A stretch of 64,000 bases of DNA from Candidatus Uhrbacteria bacterium (GTDB lineage Bacteria; Patescibacteriota; Patescibacteriia; UBA9934), in NCBI GenBank assembly GCA_018664485.1, contig JABJOE010000009.1, positions 4,108 to 68,107 of the forward strand. The letters run 5' to 3'. Below are positions 57,550 through 64,000 of this stretch, piece by piece. The position numbers were made by a program, and so were the translations under genes. The first letter of the stretch is position 1; each line of letters begins with the position of its first letter. The notes below the pieces were generated by a model. The model was not told the origin of the DNA. It searched no databases and saw only the letters and a program-made list of their open reading frames with translations.

Positions 57550-59295
57550 ATGTTTGCAGAGGTTTATCCCGTAACAAGAATGCCACGTAGGTTTGGTGTT
57601 TTTGATTATACTTGTGACGCCAGCGTTCAAGCTGGTGATTTGGTTTGGATACCCCTCCGCGGACGTAGTGTACTTGGAGTCGTGCGCGTTGTAAAATCAA
57701 CCGCTGGAACCACAAAACGACTGTCGGCCATTGAACGCGTAATGCTGAACAAGTTTTTTACACCTGACGATATCACTCGAATAGAATCCATCGCCACAGA
57801 CATAGTTCAGTCTCCGTCAACACTGTTTTTCCAGGCCCTAATGGGTATAAGTAAGGAACCATCGAAGTACATTACTCCAACGACAACACAGAAAGCATCT
57901 ATCTCAAAAGACATCGTTGAACAAATCAAAACATTCACAGAAGAGAAAGCTTCTTTTATACAAGGTTCAATTGAAACATGTATAGCCCTCGCTTATCAGT
58001 ACGCATCCAAATTAGATGGGCAGATGATCATAGTTGCTCCGCATGAAAAGGATGCTCACTCTATAGCGTCGCTTCTGCCAAAGAATAAACGAGTTGCAAC
58101 ATTGCACGGAAAGATCCCGCATAATCAAAGATCCTCAATTATTCGCTCATGGAGAAATGGAGAGATAGATATTCTAGTTGGAACAAAGCAAGCGACACTT
58201 TTGCCGGCCAATAATCTATCTGTCGGAATTCTGTACAACCCAACACACCATGACCACGTATCATACGATCGTAACCCTCGTTTTGATGCAAAAGTAGCCC
58301 TGACACTTCTCTGCGTGCAACATAAAGCCGAACAGATCTCCTGCGGGCCAACACCACAGATACAAATCGAACCAACACCGGCGGTATACGCAAAGACAGA
58401 TATCAAAGTAATCGATTTATCAGCACAGGATGAAAAAACAGGTATTCCCTTTTTGTCAGAGACATTAAAGCAAGCAATAGACGGCGCACACAACGACAAC
58501 AAGCAAGCTATCGTTTTATATAACCGCAAAGGTTACGCCGCCAGACTCCGATGTAAAGATTGTGGTCATGTTCCATTTTGTGGGTCTTGTGGTGGGATTC
58601 CAAAAATGCGCAAAGACGATCTTGCATGCCCCGTTTGCCACACCGAAATGTGGATTCCAGAGAAGTGCCCGTCTTGCAATGGTGCGAATCTAAAACCTCG
58701 TGGAATCGGAAACAATCGACTTCGCGAAAAATGGCAAGAAGCATTCCCCGGCAAAACAATTGCTACGGTCGACAAAAAGGATCATGCAATTCTTAATGCT
58801 GATATCTTACTTGTTACAGAATATTTCTTCTCGACCATTCACAGTGCTTTTATGCGTTATAATGTTGGAGTTGTAGCAGACGCTTGCTCCGACCTTCACA
58901 TGGACAATACTGCAGATGCCGGCTTGCAAATGGCGTCTCGAATTCACCGGCTCTCCATGTTCGCCAAAATGCAAAAAGTAAATCCTATAGTTCAAACATG
59001 GACTCCGACACTCATCAAGCCAATGGTCAACCTTCAGCGCTTCTACACACAAGAAAGGGATACAAGGCAGACATACAACCTACCCCCCTTCAAAAAACAC
59101 ATCAAAATAACCTGCAAAAAGGAAATTCCGGAAGAATTAGTAGCCCTTCGAACATACGCAGAAGCTGATGAAGAAATCGATCTTTATGAAATCAACAGTG
59201 GCCTCGAGCTCTTGACATCGGTGGAAAAATACGGCAAACTACTACCTTACTTGCAACAACTGCCAGACCATTGCATACTTCAAATTACATTATGA
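57550..59295 (+). CDS. priA: primosomal protein N' (PriA) homolog with a conserved 3'-DNA-binding N-domain and Cys4-Cys4 zinc region but degenerate Walker A/B
   Basis: N-terminal FAEVYPVTRMPRRFGVFDY...GDLVWIPLRGRSVLGVV. CKDCGHVPFCGSCGG...CPVCH...CPSC zinc module. Walker A position reads QGSIETC and Walker B reads NPTHHD. Confidence 0.65.
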   Translation: MFAEVYPVTRMPRRFGVFDYTCDASVQAGDLVWIPLRGRSVLGVVRVVKSTAGTTKRLSAIERVMLNKFFTPDDITRIESIATDIVQSPSTLFFQALMGISKEPSKYITPTTTQKASISKDIVEQIKTFTEEKASFIQGSIETCIALAYQYASKLDGQMIIVAPHEKDAHSIASLLPKNKRVATLHGKIPHNQRSSIIRSWRNGEIDILVGTKQATLLPANNLSVGILYNPTHHDHVSYDRNPRFDAKVALTLLCVQHKAEQISCGPTPQIQIEPTPAVYAKTDIKVIDLSAQDEKTGIPFLSETLKQAIDGAHNDNKQAIVLYNRKGYAARLRCKDCGHVPFCGSCGGIPKMRKDDLACPVCHTEMWIPEKCPSCNGANLKPRGIGNNRLREKWQEAFPGKTIATVDKKDHAILNADILLVTEYFFSTIHSAFMRYNVGVVADACSDLHMDNTADAGLQMASRIHRLSMFAKMQKVNPIVQTWTPTLIKPMVNLQRFYTQERDTRQTYNLPPFKKHIKITCKKEIPEELVALRTYAEADEEIDLYEINSGLELLTSVEKYGKLLPYLQQLPDHCILQITL

Positions 59296-59777
59296 GCAGC
59301 CTTCCATTAGTACAAGTCCCTGCAGATTCACTGCGAACAAAATCACGCGAAATCACGCGTGAGGAATTGACGTCTGCAAAAATCCAGACCCTGATTGATG
59401 ATATGGCTGAAACTATGGATGTCGAGGGTGGAGTTGGACTTGCAGCGCCACAGATCGGTGAGCATCTACGAATAATTGTTGTGGCTCGAAAGACAGGTAC
59501 CGAGGCATATATCAATCCTGAAATCACACAGCGATCTTTACGTAAGATGAAAAGTGAAGAAGCTTGCCTTTCGATTCCAGGAGTTGTCGGGATTGTTCAG
59601 CGACACAAAGTGGTCAGCATAAAGGCGCTCGACAGAAACGGAGCCGAAGTGCTAATTCCAGACCTCGGCGGATTTATGTCTGTCGTTTTCCAACACGAGA
59701 TTGATCACTTGGACGGAATACTTTTCATTGATCGAGCGAAAAAGATTTCTCACGCAAAAGGTGACGTACTCGTATGA
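59292..59777 (+). CDS. def: peptide deformylase
   Basis: GVGLAAPQIG, EACLSIPG and QHEIDHLDG motifs. ATG overlaps the priA stop (ATGA). Confidence 0.85.
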   Translation: MSSLPLVQVPADSLRTKSREITREELTSAKIQTLIDDMAETMDVEGGVGLAAPQIGEHLRIIVVARKTGTEAYINPEITQRSLRKMKSEEACLSIPGVVGIVQRHKVVSIKALDRNGAEVLIPDLGGFMSVVFQHEIDHLDGILFIDRAKKISHAKGDVLV

Positions 59778-60655
59778 AGATAGCATTTTTCGGTACTCCA
59801 GAATTTTCAGTTCCATTTCTTACGGCCCTCGATAACGACGAGGATCTTATTGTATCTACGGTCATTTGCCAGCCAGACAAACCCGTTGGACGAAAGAAAG
59901 TTCTTACAGCTCCAGCTACAAAACAATACGCGCTTGAACACAATATAAAAGTTTTGCAGCCAGCAAGCTTGAAGAAAGATCCAATTGAACTGGATGCCGA
60001 TCTGTTTATTGTGGTCGCTTACGGAAAAATCATTCCACAAAATATTCTAGACATTCCAAAGCACGGGACTGTTAACGTTCATCCATCTCTATTACCAAAG
60101 TACCGAGGGCCATCACCAATGCAGGCCGCAATTGCTAACCTCGATCGTGAAACCGGGGTAAGTATTATGCTACTGGATGCAAAGATGGATCATGGACCAC
60201 TGCTAGCGCAAGAAACGATCAAGCTCGATGGCACTGAGACATATCCTGATTTACAGCATAAAGTTCATGCCCTTGCACCAGGGTTACTCGTTGATACAGT
60301 TAAAGCGCATACCTCAGGGTCGATCACCCCGAAAGAGCAAGATCATGATGCAGCGACAATCTGTAAATTATTGAGTCGCGATGACGGAAAGGTTGACTGG
60401 AACGATTCTGCAGAAGTGATTGATGCCAAGCGCCGCGCGTACACACCATGGCCAGGCGTATCAATGACATGGGACGAAAAAACTTTCAAAATTCACAACA
60501 CATCTATTTCTGATAAAAAACTTCCGGTCGGTGGACACTTGACTGAAGAAAATCGATTGTTTTTTGGTACTTCAACAACAGCTTTAGAGATTTTAGAAAT
60601 TCAACCAGAAGGAAAACAACGGATGAAAACAGAAGATTTTTTGCGAGGAAAATAG
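59774..60655 (+). CDS. fmt: methionyl-tRNA formyltransferase
   Basis: N-terminal formyltransferase fold with HPSLLP(K)YRG motif. Overlaps the def stop. Confidence 0.9.
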   Translation: MKIAFFGTPEFSVPFLTALDNDEDLIVSTVICQPDKPVGRKKVLTAPATKQYALEHNIKVLQPASLKKDPIELDADLFIVVAYGKIIPQNILDIPKHGTVNVHPSLLPKYRGPSPMQAAIANLDRETGVSIMLLDAKMDHGPLLAQETIKLDGTETYPDLQHKVHALAPGLLVDTVKAHTSGSITPKEQDHDAATICKLLSRDDGKVDWNDSAEVIDAKRRAYTPWPGVSMTWDEKTFKIHNTSISDKKLPVGGHLTEENRLFFGTSTTALEILEIQPEGKQRMKTEDFLRGK

Positions 60656-60841
60656 GTTTGACGCGCTAAACCAGCCTACAAGTCAACCTGCTCGGCTTGG
60701 ACCTCGCCTGCTCTGGCGGGGTCTTGCTGCATCTAGATATTATTTATTACTATATTGGCGCAGCTATGCTTGACAATAAGGTTAAAATGACCTATATTAT
60801 CGGGTCCTCTAAACCTTTCAACTCACAAATAAAGGAGGAAC

Positions 60842-61120
60842 TTGCTCGATAAGCATGAATACGAATCAATGAGAATAGCGAGAGACACCATGATTCTTGG
60901 TGGATCTATCGCAATCGACGGCGTACTAGCGGGCAAACTCGTTACATACACTTTCGAACGCTGTAACGACCTAGCTCTCATTCGTCTCACCTACAAACCT
61001 ACAACAGGAGAAAACAAATTCATCGAAGTGCATGACCCAAGAGTCACAAGTCACTGCACCATCAGAAGCCACGGCGTGGGAGTCACCATCGAGTTCCTCG
61101 CCTCGCTACCGCGGACCTAA
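60842..61120 (+). CDS. hypothetical small protein (TTG start 5 nt after AAAGGAGG)
   Basis: 92-aa ORF with a strong SD and a promoter-like TTGACA...TATATT upstream. No recognisable motif. Confidence 0.35.
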   Translation: MLDKHEYESMRIARDTMILGGSIAIDGVLAGKLVTYTFERCNDLALIRLTYKPTTGENKFIEVHDPRVTSHCTIRSHGVGVTIEFLASLPRT

Positions 61121-61275
61121 GCGCCGCCGTCTATGACCTCACCTTAACCGGGTGGGGTCGTATCATTTTATGCTTATGACAAAATGTCGCTTCTTGAAGT
61201 TGAAAATATTTGTGGCGATCGTACCAAAAATTTACAAGCACAACGACCACCCAGAGTATGGATGGTCGTTTACGA

Positions 61276-63159
61276 TTAGCTAGACAAGTCGATCCCCTGC
61301 TTAACTGCAATACTTCTGAAAGTTGCAGAGATAGGCCAAAGATCCTCAAACTTGTCAGCAATAGCCTCAACCTGCGATTCACCTGCACCCAGGCCCTTAA
61401 CAGGCCTAAGTACAACGAATTTGTCGCAGCGTTTCCGAACGGTCGAGAAGTCATGGGCGATAAAGACCGCACTCATCAACGTCGTCAATTCCTTGTCGAG
61501 GCCGACGTACAATTCTTCTTCCGTATGACTATCGAGATGACATGTGGCCTCATCGGCAATGAAGACTGTTGGAGACTTCATTACAGCCGCAGCGATCATC
61601 ACACGTTGTTGCTGACCGCCAGAAAGCTTAATGCCCCCTTCCCCAACTTCCGTTTTCAGACCATCACGTGCGAAGTCAATCTGAAGATTCTCCATCAAGG
61701 CATGAATCCTCGCATCATCCGTCTGCTCAGCTACTTTTGCCGGCAATCCGTAAGTGAGGTTGTAGCGTAGAGTTCCGTCAAAAACTGCAGGCTCCTGCGG
61801 CACATGGCCAAGTCGGTTAAGCCATGAAGAAAGCTGAATATCGCGAAGGTCATGGCCGTTCACACGAATCACACCACTACTTGGGTCCATCTCACGGAGT
61901 AACAGCTTAGTAAGGGTAGACTTTCCAGACCCTGACTTTCCAAGCAATGCAACCTTTCTACCAGGTTCAATAGTGAAGCTGACATCTCGAAGGACTTCGA
62001 CGTCTCCGTAGGAATACGAAACCGAATCAAAATCAATATGAATCGGTTCGTCGTCACTAAGCACTACCGGACTATCGACGTCCTTTATGTCTGACTCGAT
62101 CTCCAGTGCCGCTTGCAGAGATGCAATTGATGGAAAGTTCCAGTTCAGTTGATGTTCAACCTCACTAAGCCTCCATAGATAGTCACGAATAAGTCCAGAC
62201 CACGTGAAGATCGGATACAGAATACCGATTTCCCAATGACCGTTGTAGACCATCCATGCACCATATATTAGAACTATCACAACAAAGATCGTTGTGATGA
62301 ATCCACGAGCGACTCCATGAGTCCCGTAACGAACCCAGAATGGGAAGTCGATACCGAGAATATCCGTGAACCACTGTGACATCTTTGCCAATTCTTCATC
62401 TTCTTTCGCGCTTGCCTTAACTCGGCGAATCTGTTTCCACCTTTCACGCATGTAGCGATTGAAGGCACGGAATTTGGCATCAAGAGGCGTACAGACCTCA
62501 ATGATTATCCGGTTCAGATACAATGACCAAATCATGTGTATCACCACCGACACCGTCATCACCGCTCCGGCAACGGGACTGATAATCCAGAGGAAGACCA
62601 TGCTGAGAACGAATCCCAGAACAACCTCGACTCCGTTGTACATGAGGATCGATTGAGACTCAGATACTTTTCCGAGTCCTTTCTCCATGTTCGATGAGCT
62701 GAGCAAATCATGATGTTCGGCATGTTGACCAAGTGATTTCGAGAAGAATAGCTCCGTCACACGATGTTGGCGACGAGACATATTGAATCCGAAAACACGC
62801 TCTCGGCACACTACACGAAGTACGGAAACTCCGCGTCTCGCAATCTCCGCCATGACATAGGCTGCGATACCCGTGACAATAAGTCTCAAGTCATGCCCCA
62901 CCAATCCGTCAAACACATACCTGATGAACCAGTCCATGCTGAACTGGAAGGTCATAATGATGACGAGTGCCACCACTAGGCGCTTCACCCACTTGCGGGC
63001 AGGTGCATCGATGAGCTCATCCCACACCCAGCGGTACACACCGATGCTTTCACCGATGGTACTGAAGTACTCACGCCAGTTTTTTGCGATCTTACGATCT
63101 GCTTCCGGGTCGTAGATAGGCATATCTGCTCCTTTCTTGTTGAAGTAGTTTTCTGACAA
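61276..63159 (-). CDS. ABC exporter, fused permease-ATPase (MsbA/ABCB type)
   Basis: 6 TM helices followed by GKSGSGKST Walker A, LSGGQQQR signature and a Walker B. Confidence 0.85.
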   Translation of the reverse strand: MSENYFNKKGADMPIYDPEADRKIAKNWREYFSTIGESIGVYRWVWDELIDAPARKWVKRLVVALVIIMTFQFSMDWFIRYVFDGLVGHDLRLIVTGIAAYVMAEIARRGVSVLRVVCRERVFGFNMSRRQHRVTELFFSKSLGQHAEHHDLLSSSNMEKGLGKVSESQSILMYNGVEVVLGFVLSMVFLWIISPVAGAVMTVSVVIHMIWSLYLNRIIIEVCTPLDAKFRAFNRYMRERWKQIRRVKASAKEDEELAKMSQWFTDILGIDFPFWVRYGTHGVARGFITTIFVVIVLIYGAWMVYNGHWEIGILYPIFTWSGLIRDYLWRLSEVEHQLNWNFPSIASLQAALEIESDIKDVDSPVVLSDDEPIHIDFDSVSYSYGDVEVLRDVSFTIEPGRKVALLGKSGSGKSTLTKLLLREMDPSSGVIRVNGHDLRDIQLSSWLNRLGHVPQEPAVFDGTLRYNLTYGLPAKVAEQTDDARIHALMENLQIDFARDGLKTEVGEGGIKLSGGQQQRVMIAAAVMKSPTVFIADEATCHLDSHTEEELYVGLDKELTTLMSAVFIAHDFSTVRKRCDKFVVLRPVKGLGAGESQVEAIADKFEDLWPISATFRSIAVKQGIDLSS

Positions 63160-63246
63160 CTGTTAGCTGTATTTGATGAGATGTTGGTTCATCGCGAACC
63201 CCACAGATCACTAATACAGCAGCAGAGTTGAAAACTGGTGAATTAA

Positions 63247-63276
63247 GAGACCTCCCGCTTATTAGCGGGAGGTCTC
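63247..63276 (-). terminator. perfect 12-bp hairpin gagacctcccgc-ttatta-gcgggaggtctc, terminator of the upstream minus-strand gene
   Basis: Inverted repeat read directly, followed on the minus strand by a T-containing tract. Confidence 0.55.
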
Positions 63277-63455
63277 AACCGTCAAATGTTGTTAGCATTT
63301 AAAAATTATTCATCTCACGCTTATGCGAAAAAAGGTTAGCCTGTGCATCGCCGTCAAAAACATTGGCAACACAAAGAACTGGTACGGCGTTTACCGCTCC
63401 GAAGTTAGGTTTTTTGTCCTGCCTAATGATAATCATAGAAATAATTCGGTCGCAA

Positions 63456-64000
63456 TTATTTTGCGAGATCAGAAGTTACCACAGCTTTAATTTGCCTGTC
63501 AAGTATTCGACTTCCACGCAGTCTTCCTTCAATAACCTTTCCCCAACCCCGCGTGTCTAGAAACGGCAAAACGAACAACATCCACATAACTCCAATTGGA
63601 TGGTTCAAGTAAGGAGAAAATGTATGAGCTACAAACAAAGCAAATACACTACTTGCGAGTCCAATTACAAGCCATGATTGACTGTGTTTTGAAGCGTGAT
63701 AACGAGCGGATAGTACTAAAATGGCAAAATATACTGCAAAGGCAATAATTCCCAAGAGTCCCATCTTTAACCAAATATCATGCCAACCCCATTCAAATCG
63801 GTATGTTGTGTATTCCCCACCGGTCTCATCAATAATACGTGGATCTGAAGATTCATACGTAATAGTAGCCCCGAACCCTTGCCCAACCAGAGGACTTTGC
63901 GAGATAGACTGCATCAAAGGGTCCAAAAGCGCCCAACGACTTACTACAGCCTCACCACGGCCTGTCTGTGAAGATGTCTCGTAAAAAGATGCATCTGTTA
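63456..64000 (-). CDS. O-antigen ligase/polymerase-like membrane protein, C-terminal part (5' end beyond the window)
   Basis: Reading frame stays open to the window edge. GQGFG ... HDIWLKMGLLG resembles the Wzy_C/WaaL conserved loop. Confidence 0.45.
   Translation of the reverse strand, partial: TDASFYETSSQTGRGEAVVSRWALLDPLMQSISQSPLVGQGFGATITYESSDPRIIDETGGEYTTYRFEWGWHDIWLKMGLLGIIAFAVYFAILVLSARYHASKHSQSWLVIGLASSVFALFVAHTFSPYLNHPIGVMWMLFVLPFLDTRGWGKVIEGRLRGSRILDRQIKAVVTSDLAK

Overview
This is a gene-dense, roughly 40% G+C bacterial chromosome segment. Its gene content and architecture resemble a small-genome Patescibacteria/CPR-type organism; that taxonomic call is inference only.

Most of the window is housekeeping. 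From start to end:
- a cold-shock protein gene with a strong promoter and a long leader
- two ABC-F ATPases flanking a zinc-ribbon basic protein
- a DEAD-box helicase with an RGG tail
- a lipoprotein / P-loop kinase / NUDIX cluster
- a TrmH-family methylase, leucyl aminopeptidase PepA, a glutaredoxin-like protein and a peroxiredoxin
- RsmI, MetRS, a CvpA-like protein and TatD
- a complete F1Fo ATP synthase operon (atpI-like, atpB, E, F, H, A, G, D, C)
- a UvrD-type helicase fused to a RecB/Cas4-like nuclease, followed by a DUF721-like gene
- MreB, MreC, MreD and PBP2, then GreA
- LysRS, a small nucleotidyltransferase, SerRS, alanine racemase and an FtsQ-like protein
- an M23 EnvC-like peptidase
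- GluRS, a TagA-family glycosyltransferase
- ClpB with a CIRCE operator
- a LigB/Memo-like protein, a PriA homolog with degenerate ATPase motifs, Def and Fmt
- an ABC exporter, and a partial O-antigen-ligase-like gene at the window end

I saw no rRNA, tRNA, CRISPR array, transposase or integrase.

Three things stand out beyond the gene list:
1. A series of short G+C-enriched islets (26.65-27.42, 36.95-38.52, 45.70-46.26, 48.97-50.27 and 53.6-55.1 kb) sit between housekeeping genes. Each is a self-contained cassette with its own promoter, Shine-Dalgarno site and hairpin terminator. Several are tandem paralog pairs or carry exactly duplicated regulatory DNA.
2. An approximately 600-bp non-coding stretch upstream of the atp operon carries three copies of the same strong TTGACT promoter. 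Two of them appear to drive approximately 200-nt highly structured RNAs of unknown identity.
3. A conserved approximately 100-nt element with apparent compensatory changes is repeated in the atpA-atpG and atpG-atpD intergenic regions.

All functional calls are from motif recognition by eye. No database searches were run.
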